A DNA stretch of 64,000 bases, from positions 5,584,110 through 5,648,109 of the forward strand of contig CM082584.2 of NCBI GenBank assembly GCA_040954595.2, read 5' to 3'. Source of the stretch: Balanoglossus misakiensis (taxonomy: Eukaryota; Animalia; Hemichordata). The notes under the pieces are model-generated. The model saw nothing but the letters and a program-made list of their open reading frames with translations, had not been told where the DNA came from and did no database searches. Made by a program: the position numbers and the translations under genes. Position 1 is the stretch's first letter. Each line of letters opens with the position of its first letter. Positions 24,252 through 44,000 of this stretch are shown here, piece by piece.

Positions 24252-25144
24252 TTAAGTGAATAATTTGGCTTATAAAAGCATAGTGAGGCCAGAAAACAGT
24301 TGTGTAGCTGCAGGTATTGGTTGCTCCCAACAAAGGACTCCTGTTGCAATATTCTGATTTACCAGTATCAGATCCTGACTTAGAATTCTCAGCAGCAGGC
24401 TGGAAAGGTATCCATAGTGACAGGACAAGCAAAGCTGTCAAAAGCAGAGACATGTATTCTAAACATAACTGTTGTATGTCACACTTAAATGTTCCAAAAT
24501 TCAGATAAAAGGAGAACAGTGTCCTTGACTCTAAACTTTTTATTGTAATGTTGTTTGAAAATATAAAATAGCATTTTGCAGTATGTAAAAACTTGCCACA
24601 TTCTAAGTGAAAGCTTACATAAACTCAAGAAATATTACAATAAGCATGGACACTTTCATCTGCAAAACAGTATCCAACCTGAAATTACAGGCAACATCTT
24701 TAACATTACAGTATTATAGTTATACAGCTACTGTCGTAACCTATGAAATTCTATCATACAATACTTTCGAATTCAGAATCTGAGATGCTGTACCAAGTTG
24801 TTTCTGTCGCTCTTCAGTCTATCAGCGACATATGGATACTTAATGATATAATTTTTGGTACATACCATAAATTAGCATCATTGGCACATTTCATTCAATC
24901 GAAAATTAATGCTGACGGTTTCAGATCACCTTTAAAAGAGTGGACTAGTCTTGTACATTTATGTCAAAGCTCTGTCCTTCAGGTATATCTTACTTTTGTC
25001 TGACATTCAGATTCTCGCAACTAAACTTTCTCTGAACTTACTGAAGTCATCCATGAGTTTTTTCAGTAGCAACATGAAGCCATCCATGATTGTAGACCGC
25101 AGTGCTATCACAACTAGAACTGTGAGCAGCAGCTGAGGGCCATG

Positions 25145-28003
25145 CTAAAATAATTTATAGCTAATGTCTTTCTGTATGGGTCTTTGCAGTGGGTGGGCTA
25201 CCAACTTGGCCATGTTGTCATGGAGATACGTCGGGTTCCTGCCAACTTCAAAGACATAGGATGTTCCTCGCTCGTCCAAATCGCACAGTCTGTCAAATAT
25301 CACCTGCAATTCAGGAATCAAGGAAGACAATGTAGATATTCGTAATGAGGTCAGGGTGCAAAGTCAAACAATGGTGACATAAAATGCTCGCAGACAATAG
25401 ATTGATACAATAGACAAATGTCATTTTTTTGCATTTCTGTATTCACGGTCTTTGACCCACTACACAACAACAGCACAAATGCATTATGCAACATAAAATA
25501 TAACATGGTTATGTTCTCATTTCATTAGCATGATTACATAAGTTTCAGAACAAGGAATATTGAACAGCTAATCAGATAGCCCTTCATTTTGATGACAGAG
25601 TTATTCTAGAAAGGAGACTGGAAACATTTAGTGACCTACGTGTTATAGGGTTTTTTTATTATCAGTTCTGTGCAAGTGAACAGAATTTGATTGACTTCTA
25701 GAGTGTAAAATGTTGCATACAGTGTTTCATACTGACCTCACATTTGTTGTCTTCAGATGGCATTTCATGGATGTAGAATGCGTCCAGAAAGAAATATGGT
25801 GACTGCATCAATGACTGCATTGCCTGAAAATGTCACATTTTTTTCATGTCATATTCATGTTGACAAACAAACAATGAATAGTGTCAGGATACTTATTATG
25901 AGTGTGACATCGGTACATATAAACTTAAAATCAGTCAACAAAGACTGAACAAATTACATGTATGACACACAATTACCAGTAAAAGGATACTAAAGAATTG
26001 ATGAAAACAAACGTACCTGCTTTCCACTTGAAAATTCTGGCATACAATGGGATCTGCCATAGATCATTACAGTACGTATGATGTATGGTGGTGGAATTAT
26101 CTCTATGTCACCTGGGACAACTGGCAGTTGTGTTCTCTCAGAACTGACAACGAAAAACAAGAAAGAGTTACCACAAAAAGCTTACTGTACTTATTATCTC
26201 CAAATGACGTCTTGTAAATTCATAAATTCCAAACATATATTGGACATGTTTTCTTGCGAGTGACATCTTTTCATATAAAACTTGTCTGCTTTTATACTTA
26301 CATGACATCAAAGAGTGAAGACATATCAAACGTGTCAAATTCAGTCTCACTTTCCAGATCAGCCAACACGTAACAGAACTCTTCAGTGTTGCTGGTAAAA
26401 TTGTGCATCTATTGTCAATGAAATAAACGACAAGAATAATCAGGTCAAACCTGTCACTGGATTTTTCCAAGAAAAATTTCAGATTATGCCTGGTATTTAT
26501 TTAGTACTTTTGCATTTAACTATAAAAATGATTTCTATCAAAGGCATGCATTTTCTCTCAGACAAATACTTAAAGCAACAAATCACCCTACTGCACTTTC
26601 ACAAGAAAAATGAAATGATAAATCTTTTATTTAGATGCCTAAGATGTGAATTAAAAGTGTACCAAATTCTAGCTGCAGTGGTTGTAGTGTGTCCTGTTAG
26701 GTTGACAAATATTGATCACAGCACTAACAAACAAGATCGTCAACCCAGCAGCACCTGCTACATTCATTGCAGCTACATACATTCTTGTTCAATAGGCTGT
26801 CCTCCCTGTATTTGGCTCATATCATACCCTGGGCTCATATATCAAAAGAACTGCATGTTGCTTACCCACAATGCATTGTCTTGAAGTACAATTAATGCAA
26901 ATTGATGTTTTCTACTAATAGCAGCTTTGGTGTGTACAAAGATGTTCATAGCCCTTTTCACCATCTGCAATGATTGATATCTGGTCCTGTTCATGAAAAT
27001 CAAACAAATATCACTCATTGGAAAAGAGGGAAAGAATATATTATAAAGAAAAAAATGGTTATTTGTTTTAATATATTTAGAGATTTTGCCTTGATAACTA
27101 TCTCCTGATGAGTTGGACATACTTTGTGATTATTAATTAACCACCTCCATCACATGATACGGTGGACACAACTTACCCATCCTTGGACACAAACGGTGTA
27201 CTATTCATCTCTGCAGACAAGTCTAAACATAGAATCTGCCAAGAAACATAAAACACATAAGCTCAAGTCATGTATTCAGTGAAAATACTGCATTTCTCAT
27301 TGTCACAAGGGGGAATATTCTGTACAAGCTCAACTGTTTTTTTAATTACTTGTCTGAGGTTCAATGGCAACATTTGGCCTCGCTGCAATAATTGTAGCCC
27401 TGGTGGCTTGGTTGATCGCTGACGGGGGGCTTGATCGCTGACGATCAACCAACCCACCAGGGCTACAATTATTGCAGCTACATTTGGCCAGGTTGCTTTG
27501 CCATTCCTGGCCTTACTCACTGATGTAGCCAATGACAGATTCTTTAGAAGACTATTAAAGAGAGATAACTGTTTTGGTAAAAAAAATTGACTTACAATTT
27601 TTTCAGGACAGTTCACTTTCGGAACGATTTGTATGGGATCATCATTTGTTTCTGTATCAGAACTTGAATCTGAAAGCAAATATTTTTCATCATCATCATC
27701 TTCGAATTTATCAACTGCTCCATCATCTTCATCATCCGGTTGGATTTCATCAATGACGTCCCTTTTCACATCAATGCCACGAAAATCTTGACTTGAGGTA
27801 GAATTGCCAGGTTTTGTAGCCAAGGGCTGCTCTTGCATTTCACTGTTTGCAATAACATTACGTTCCCCAGATTCGTCTGGAGTATGTATTTCATTTCCAG
27901 CAAGTCGGTGTGTTGATTGCGGTGGTGAATCTTCAACTTCTTCTATTCCACTGCCTATGCCTGATCCTGTAGCACTGTCGATTTCTCCTTCGGAACTTTC
28001 CAT
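25145..28003 (-). CDS. BABAM1: BRISC and BRCA1-A complex member 1 (MERIT40/NBA1), 7 coding exons
   Basis: Exons 27596-28003, 27177-27235, 26866-26986, 26302-26408, 26017-26143, 25737-25823, 25145-25303. Diagnostic segments PKVNCPEKI-ILCLDLS, IPPPYIIRT, SPYFFLD and LHDNMAKLVAHPLQRP follow an acidic disordered N-terminus. Confidence 0.95.
27382..27478. repeat. 97-nt hairpin (37-bp stem, 1 mismatch) in BABAM1 intron 1
   Basis: 27382-27418 pairs with 27442-27478. Flanked by direct acatttggcc repeats at 27370-27379 and 27480-27489. Confidence 0.85.
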
Positions 28004-28394
28004 ATCAACCGAATATGTTCAGCTGATCATCATACGTATCACTCTTTATGCAATCTTTCACGCCAACTTGTCTTGTGCCCAAGGAAAGACATAGACAATA
28101 GCTGTCTAATCTTTCTTTCTTGTCAGAGACAAGTCCCAGGAAATATACATGACATATATTTAACCGGAAATCAATGTGTCCATTCCAGTTTGTATGAAGG
28201 GGTGTTCTTCCAAGAGGGTGGTGACCACGCAACAAATCTTAACACGGTGTACATGTACTTAAAATTTTATCGAATCTTCTCATGAAACGTTAAAAACGGA
28301 CCTCAAAGGTTGAAAATGTGACACTTTTATTCGCCCGATAAAACAAAAACACATCAGTCTTGCTCATCAACAACGTAGACTAGCCCAGGATATA

Positions 28395-28421
28395 TGACGT
28401 CACACAAACCCAAGATGGCGG
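28395..28421. promoter_or_regulatory. Core of the BABAM1/TMEM259 bidirectional promoter: CRE and YY1-like sites
   Basis: TGACGTCA at 28395-28402 and CAAGATGGCGG at 28411-28421, in a CpG-richer 726-bp gap between divergent ATGs. Confidence 0.55.
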
Positions 28422-28666
28422 ATACATGAAGAGGTGTTTTGGTTTATGATGGTCTTACAAAATGGAAAATATTTGTCATTTTTCGCGACATATTGGAAGT
28501 GTTCGCGATATAGACCTGTCAGTCGACTACTTTATATCAGCGTTTATCATTTAACTAGACCGTTGTGTGGAACAGACGACAGCTCATGGTAGTTTAAATC
28601 GATTTACAACGGAGTCCGATGGTGCTCGAGGTTTCCGAGGCGAACATTGAAGTTTGGTCATTTTGA

Positions 28667-35350
<6,684 letters not shown>

Positions 35351-35937
35351 GATTATACCAGGATGGTGAAATTTGTCGGCGTTGGAAAATGTGGGAATGA
35401 ATCAATTGCTTGAAAGATGGCTACAATATATAAAAGCTGTAGGGCTACAATTTACAGCAACAAGGCACACAGTGGAATAAAAGCAGTCTCGGCTGAATCC
35501 ATTGGGGTGGGGAGGGGGCGGGGCAATAGCGAGGGTGATTGTTGACCAATCGCTCTAATGAACACAGTACATGAACGTTTGTAGGATTTGTGACATTCAG
35601 ATAGATTATTGTAAGACATTTTGTGACATTGATACGCCGAGGTTCAATAAGTAAAGCTAGGAACAAAAATTGCATTGTATCATCATCATCGTCATCATCA
35701 TCATCTAATAATGAACCAGTTATAAACACAATGCTCAAATGTCTACTCTTAATAGTGCAATCAATATTAAAAGCACAAAAACCTGATCTTGAATCTCTTT
35801 TGTACAATGTAACCACCATTGAATGAAAAAAAAGGGTCTGGACATTTTTTCTACTACTTACCACCAGTGACCAGTGATTTGATAAACTAATTAATGTATA
35901 TGACCGTGTAGTGCATACAAGGTACACTTTGTGCTAA

Positions 35938-36740
35938 GGCTGCATTCACAAACACCTCTGGAGGGGGGGGCGGGAGAATTGAGGGGGGGGATTTGAAAAA
36001 ATTGAGGGTATGTAAGGGGGGGGATTTGAAATAATTTAGGGACTGAAAGGGGGGGACTTGAAAACTTTAACGACTAAATATTTATTTTGAGTCCACAAAA
36101 ATGCAGTTTCGCGCCCTTTATTTTACAAAATTTTCTAATGTGGGAGGGGGACACCCCCTCCCACACCCACCCCCTCCATTCATCAACACCTTTCAATCAT
36201 TGACTGGTTTATCTAGTATCCCAGGTCAGGGGACTTGCCCCCACCCCATGATAACTTTGAGCAGCGACGGTTAAATTTGTCCTCCCCAACATACCGGTAG
36301 TTGAGTTAATTTGCTTTTGCCGGGTTCATTAAAATGCAGCTTTGAGCTCTGTATTTTAGAAAATTTTCTTACGTGGGAGGGGGACACCCCCTCCCAAACC
36401 CACCCCCTTCAATTCTCAGTTTACAATGTCTCCCAACACAGAATACAAATATATGTACTTAAAAAATAAAAACAATGTTCAGTTTTAATACCCACTGATG
36501 AGGGAAAACATCAGTTTCAAATTCTTTTCATGGGAGCGCTGTTTTTCTTTTTACAAGATAGATAGGTGATGTGTTTTGCTCAGTGAAAGAAAATGGGGGG
36601 GGGGGATTTCAAAATTTTGGCAGTTCGGAAGGGGGGGATTTGAAAATATTGGCAGTTCGGAAGGGGGGCATGTGAAAATTAGCGGTAAAAAAATTTGAAT
36701 TCTCCCGCCCCCCCCTCCAGAGGTGTTTGTGAATGCAGCC
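35938..36740. mobile_element. PIF/Harbinger MITE copy 2 (inverted relative to copy 1)
   Basis: Same TIRs, TSD TAA at 35935-35937 and 36741-36743. Lies downstream of the TMEM259 stop. Confidence 0.9.
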
Positions 36741-38073
36741 TAACAACCAAAAAGCGGAAAAAAGTATTGTTTCTCGTTTCTCCGTTCCTGGCAAGCAACT
36801 CTTTAATACTGGAAAAAATATCAGAAGTGGTTGAAAGAGTCAGTTTTGGTAAACCATTTAATTTTAGGTGTGAAAGAATACTGTATCTGATGTAAAGTTA
36901 TTGAAATAAAAAAATGACAATATTTTGAATCTCTAAATTCTGTCCAGGCTACTAATTAAAATCAAGCATGTAATATTCACTTGTTGCATTTGATTGTTAG
37001 AAATGTCTGTAGATGTGTGTGTGTGTGTGTGTGTTAAAGTCTGTATCTTGATATTAATTCGTCTAATCAGTCTGGACACTAATGGAAATTAGCTTTAAAC
37101 ATGAGTGTAATGATCAACATGTTATAGAAACCATGGAAACTACTAGGTGTCGCGTAGGTGAAAAAAATTCTAGATTTATTTCAAAATGCATGTACCTGAC
37201 AATGTACTGAAAGGTATATAAGCCCCTCTTGACAACAGGTAAAACTAACATCTTATTGATACAAAAGTCCATATTCTTGATTTCGTAGAAAAAAATAGCC
37301 TGTCTGAACTGAACCGTATCTTATCAGAAACTTGTCTATATCAAATGCCCTTTCCAGTGCCCTTCACATAAAACCACGTTGAAAGAACCTCTATAATTAA
37401 ACCAGACACCTCTGCAAAAGGAACCATATTCTCAGTCCCTTTGGTTTCTGGTTTAGACAGGCTTTACAGTATTTCTAAATACACAACTGTATCTAAATGC
37501 AGTAGGCAAGCTTTGACAAAACCAACATCGAAACAGATTTGTTTAGCCATGAAGAACGCTCAATCAAAAATAACATGATGCAAAAGCTGAGGCTAGTTAA
37601 ATGACAAATTTGAAGGTCTGTTGCTATTAAACATGCAAGAAAACACTAAATTCATCTTGAAAAGCAACATTTTGTCATTAGTACCAGCACCTAATCAGTG
37701 AACGCTGTCAGAAGTAAGCTTCTTTCAACTGAACCATTTTTGTAAAAACTGAGTAATTTCAAGGTGTTGGGTCAACAAACACATATTGAGCAGAATAAGA
37801 TCTTGCAAATGTCTTGTTAAACACCTACCAGCTGCCAATGAACACATCAACTAATATCTCTTATTAACATCAATGGATGTTAAGTTCTAAATCTCCTATG
37901 TATATGCATGTGCCTGTTTAAAATTATCTGTAAAACACAATTTTTGTAAGAATTTCTTGTTTCACACAACACCTGAATGTGCGTGGCAATGAAAATCTTC
38001 TATTCAAATGACCTCTTTACAAAACCGGACAGTAGAAATTCTTGTAAACACGTAGGTAGAAATATGAGTGTTT

Positions 38074-41000
38074 TCAGAAGAAAGAAAGTTTGGTTTGTCC
38101 TTTCATTCCTGGAACTTTTTCATACACTAATCTTCTTCGTTTAGTTGGAGTAAGAGTTCTCAGGCTGTGTTCTGGTGCGAACAGTGAAAGGTCTTCTGAT
38201 GAAAGAGAAAGAGAAGAAAGGGGGCATTAAACAGCAGCATCATATATGTTTTGTTCTAAGGACAGGCTGTGTTATTTATTTATTTTTATTTGGTACACTT
38301 CCCTGATTCCCTGACACCAGTAATCACATGAGTAGCGAGCTAATACCTTTGATGTCATACAATGCAGCATTTTTCAGTTTTTCAACAACAGGCATTTTAA
38401 GGGCAGGAATGAAATAAAAATTTGATGTCCAAAACTTTCAAAACAGTGTCAATCACAATAGCTCTTGATGCAGTAGATCATCTTGTAATTCTCAAGTTCA
38501 AATTCCTTGCATCAAAACTAACATTCATTGTACTATACTCATGTTCAGCAGTTTATATATTTATACACCGGGTGTGGTCATTTGAATAGTGTACAAACCT
38601 CCAAGTTCGTCAGTTGACTTACCAGCACACTCTCCATGAAGAGTAGAATGATTACTGTTTGGAACAGCTTGATCCGGTTTGTCTCTTGTCGATCCCACAG
38701 GAGTCTTGCGAGTTGTGTAGTCACCTGACCATACATTGTTTGCCATCATTCCATCAAAATTAGAACCACCACCTAGGATAAAGTCAGATTATAATTTGTT
38801 GTACATGTACATGTATATCTTCAATTATTTATGCATGTTTCCGTCAAGGTAAGAAAGCCAGTTGAAACCCCTCAGTAAGCACACTTTACATGAGATACTT
38901 TTTTTGACTATAAAAATCATAAAAGTTCATGCAAAAAGTTCTCTACCATGGTGCTTTAACATATAGACAGTGACTAGTTGATAAATACAATAATTATGAT
39001 TCCTATATCCCAGCATTGGATATATAATATGAAACTTACCGTCTGTGGTGTGTAGAAATGGTTGAGCTACGCCAACATGTGGGATTTTGTACTGCCATCT
39101 GCTGTTATCGAAATCTTCATCATTTCCCAGACTGACTGCTCTGATAGGTGTCCGTGCCCTGACACTGATAGGTTTCTGTGACCTGGGTGTTGGTGGTACA
39201 CATTGTAACTTGACGCCTCTGGGATGTCTCGATGCATACTGGCTTGGCTGGTCCGAGTCCGTATACTCCAAGTTGTACATCTGTCTGGATTTAGTATTCG
39301 GTTTATCGTGTCCATACTGACCACTTGGCCCGTAACTGTACTGCAGCTCGGACCCCGTTGAAAGACCATATTCTATTGGTGCGTTCTGCGGGGAGAATTT
39401 AAATCTGTGCTGTTTGATCCAATCATCACATTCCTCCCCGAATTCTGGCTTCCTGTCTGGTTCAAAAGGCTGTCTGTCGTTTCCACTGTGTAGATACAAT
39501 TCGCCATCCATGATCTGTTGGTGTTTCCGTGTTTGTGAAGTGAGATAGTCGTCGCCATCCACGAGATATCTCTGGTCATCACTTTCAGTGGGATCTGCAA
39601 TGACTTCATCATCATGAGTGGATAGTTTCAACACATTACAATCCTCAGCATCATCCTCTTGGCTGTACATCATTTCTATTGGTGTCTGATAGTCAGGGCT
39701 GCTGCTTGTGTTTCCTCTGTAGTGGAGTGTGCGGTGAAATTCCTGACAGAAAGTCAACAGAAATGACTTCAATATTAACATACAGGGTTTGCGGGAATTG
39801 CCTTGTCATATTGGTATACACTATGTGGAATCATAATAATAAATGTCTCACCCACCTTGAGAACTTTCTGTGGTATCCATGGACACAGGTTGATGAGTTG
39901 TGGCAATGAGGATGACATGAGTGTTTGTAGCGGAGATGCTGTTAACATGACTTGTGCGCAGAATGAATTCACACAAGGGAACGACAGTAGAAACCTTTCA
40001 TGCTGTGTGTGGGATTGGAAACAAAAACGCATTAGTAGTAGTATTGCTGAGGATTTGAAAACATTTCTACACATACACTCTAGTCTGCTAGCCAAATGAA
40101 ATATGACTTGATCAAAATTACCATCCACGATTGTTGGACAGCTGCAAGATGAAGACCAGTACATGTATTGGAATCAACTTGCTATGAAAAAACTTTAAAT
40201 TATTAGAAGGAAAGCTGAACGCGAAAACAGCATGACTTTATACTACCATCTTTGCTCACTAGTTGACACTTTTCGAATAATGACTACAGATTTCCAATCT
40301 CACTAATAATTACTGTATAGACCCACTATAGATAAGTTATGCAAGGCATACTTACGTTGCTGATTTCTTGAGTTAACCAATTTCTAGTTATCCAGTCCTC
40401 TTTATCCCACACACAGGTTCTTGACAGAGTATCTTCACATATCTCTCGTATTAGTTTTGCTGTCTCTAACGTACTCTGTGAGTATACAATCTGCGTACAG
40501 GACAAACCAAAAATGTTTTGGCAAACCACATTGAACAGAGACTGACAAAACAAAGCCTGCTTTCTTTGCATTATTGGGATTTATATTCATATCATTTATT
40601 GAAAGTCCATGGTCAGTGTGCAATAATGTTGTTTGAGTCAGAGTACTAGAATGAAAACCTACTAGCACAGCAGTGTCATCTATAAATATGCAATGTGATC
40701 TAACTTATCCCAAAATTCTTTGACCCTTCCAATAACAAGACAATTCTAAATCCAATATTTCATTACCTTGACTTCAAAGCCATCAGTCTTGTTGGAGAAC
40801 TGAGCTACAGATGTATTCAACAATGCAACGTTACTTGTCACATGACCTGAAAATGGATACCTGTTGATGCACAAAATCAGGAAAGTCTTAGTCAGGCTAG
40901 TTATTGTTTTCAAAAGACTTTCAAAAAGACCATTGACATAATTGCTACTGGGTTTGTATGTTTAAATTCCACCAAAATGTCAGACCTTTGCAGGAAGAAT

Positions 41001-44000
41001 CATTTTATAGCGATTTTTTTTGCAATTCAGCAATACTGGAGAAAACAAACTGAAACAAAACTGAAAAGCACGCAAAGAAACTTTTAATATAATGTATATA
41101 GATATACCATTAGTTCGACATTCCATGATTTTCAAGGGGAATATGAAACTCCTATCCTGGTATAAGAAAAAAAAACTTACCTGTATTGAGATTTATGCAC
41201 TGTGTGTATATGCAGCACAACCCAACACAAAGTATACTTCACGGAGATGGCGATGACTTGATTTATCACCGGTAGACCACTGCCCTCAGTGGCCAACTCT
41301 GGCAATTCTTGCAAAATTATACAAGTCCGCTCGTCAACAATAACATCAGCAAAGTGCAGCGCTCTGAGTTGGTTAAAATTTAACTGATAGAAGTGACGAA
41401 GATCCTCATAATTGCGTTCAACGATAGCGATGTCACATCTGTAATTAATGATGATTAAATATTGGTTAGGAATGAAATATATGGATTATCACAAAACTTT
41501 GTACACATCAATTTAAGGTACATTTCCTTTAACCCTTTCACCACCATGGTTTGGTCCAAATCTATTGTTTTCTACAGTTAAGTTGGAACTCTATAGAGGG
41601 AACTAGGGGTGAAAGGGTTAAGATGTCCATAGAAGATCCTAAAAAGACAAGTCACCACACTTCAGTTTTTGCATAGGCGTCAACGCACACAGACATGATG
41701 ATGAAAGTGTACCTGTACTGTATCTATTCCTACCTAGCTTCTAGAAGATGCAACAAATCTGTATTACTGGTTAACTTGTGTGATGCTATCACTGTGTACT
41801 GCTCTCTGACTGACTTAGTCTCTTGTCTACTACGCTGACTGCAGATGGCATCTAATAATCAAAAGTAATCAAACATATAAACTCTATCAAAGTACATACT
41901 TGAACTACATTTGAAAATTGCATGCCACAAAAATAATCAGATTTATGAGGTGACAATGCTTCTGTAGTTATATCATGAACAGTTTGATCAGGAGTGTTTT
42001 GTCTGATCGTGTCTGATCACAAAGTTTTTTAAACAGCCTACACTCACAGCCAGACACTTACCACTTTGTGTTGGTCTGGCCACAAGACTTTCAATAGGCA
42101 CGCTCTGCAGCGCTATGTGTCGGATATTCTGACGGAGACACAACTGTTGCCACGGAGACTGCTCCTGGTGTTCATACTCAACAACCAATGCAAAGTGACT
42201 CCAAGGGAAGTCTTCACCAATGGAGTGGCTGTCAATAACCACACAGTTGTGAAGATCCAATGCCTGTGTTATCTTGTCATAGGATACACATGGCATTTTC
42301 TCTGCTTCAACTAGACCAGTGTTAATCCCTGTGTAAAAACAGATCAAGATATTACATCAGATTGAGACAATTTATACCAACAGTAATCTACTCATATTCT
42401 GGGTGTCCCACTTCACTTGTCAATAATTTCTAAACTGTAGAGTATAAAATATCTTGTATACTAATTTCTATCTGTTAATTTTTTGTACTGCATTGGTTTT
42501 AATTATAAAGTCAGAATAAAACCAGAAAGCCCTTATTTTTGTTAAAGACATTACTTTCTCAGCTCACCTACGGATGTAATACAATAATTCCCAGCACTAT
42601 TTATCATCTCAAATTACATTTAACACCACCAATTTTTTATTCCAACAATGAGCACTTATTCTTATTGCCAACAGTAATTACTGGGGAAATGGAATTCTCA
42701 ACCACCCACCAGTAATCTAATTCAAATTGGCCTTTTTAATTCACTATTAAAAAATAGGTTGATGTTCTTGTAAATCTCCTGACTGCTATCAGAGGTATAA
42801 TCTGTAGTTTTTCTTACAGATGTCCATTCATAATGGTCTTTGTATGACAAGCAGAAACAATTTATTTTTTCATTTTTCTAGGCCTTGGGATATATCAAAT
42901 ATAAGTTGCATTTCTATTGAACTCATAACATTTAGCTCAGTATTCATGCAGTTTTGAAAAAACGTTATAATTAGCATCCATTGGGACACATATGCCGGTT
43001 TACCTGTTAATCCCATTTCACTGTGTGTGTGAGTGAATTCAGCCTTGAAATCAATAGAACCAAACCAGACTGTGGACATGTCAGGGTTAGGTGTGGGAAA
43101 ATTAATAATTTTACGAACCATCTGGTTCTGCTAAACACAGGTCACATGACTGCCAATGTATCAATAACACCATATGAATTCTCTTATGGTGGTGTTTGTA
43201 ACTAATAATTTTTTTTTAAATTTCAAATTGTATGTCTTCACATCACATTCCAATGTGAAAAGAGGTGCCATGGTCATGCTCACAATCAGAAGATATGCAT
43301 TTTAATTCAGAAATAGAACTAATATATTATTTGAAATGGCCTATTTCATAAGACGAAGTTTGTATTATACAATGCCACAGCTGTTCTCATAACTGAACTT
43401 ACCTTTCAATGTCTGTAGGGTCTTCACAATGATGGGAGCTAACCCACTAAAGTCACGTTTTATGATCACCAAAATCTGGGACACAGAGAAACAAAAACTC
43501 AGAATGATGTTTATAACTATATTGGTGTTTGTTAGAGAATAGCTAAATGTAGAATGTAGCTGGTAAATCGTAAAATGACAATATGATGTATTGATGACAA
43601 CCCAATGACCTCGAATATCAACTGGATGACCTGGAGTTTAGTATAAGGCTCTGTCTTTCCATGCTTAGTTTTATGCAACAACAAACTTGCAAGTATGAGA
43701 AAATCCCAACACGTTTCTAAAAAAACCTTTTGTACTAGGGCGTTGTCTGTTGGCATAGAGATGAACAAGAAACAGGGAAGGGTGGTTACAAGAGAATGAA
43801 AGTGATAGCCACAGAGATCATAGTCAGTCGCGAAGAGCATGACTTCAGTTTAGCACAGACCCACGAGAAAATTTGAGCCATGACTTTCAGTAAGGGCTTC
43901 ACACAAAGGATGATCTAGTGGGAGTTAATATACTTGATCTCCAACTTGACCTTACCTGAGCAACCTCCATTATAGTGGTTTACAGTAATACAGTATGTAA

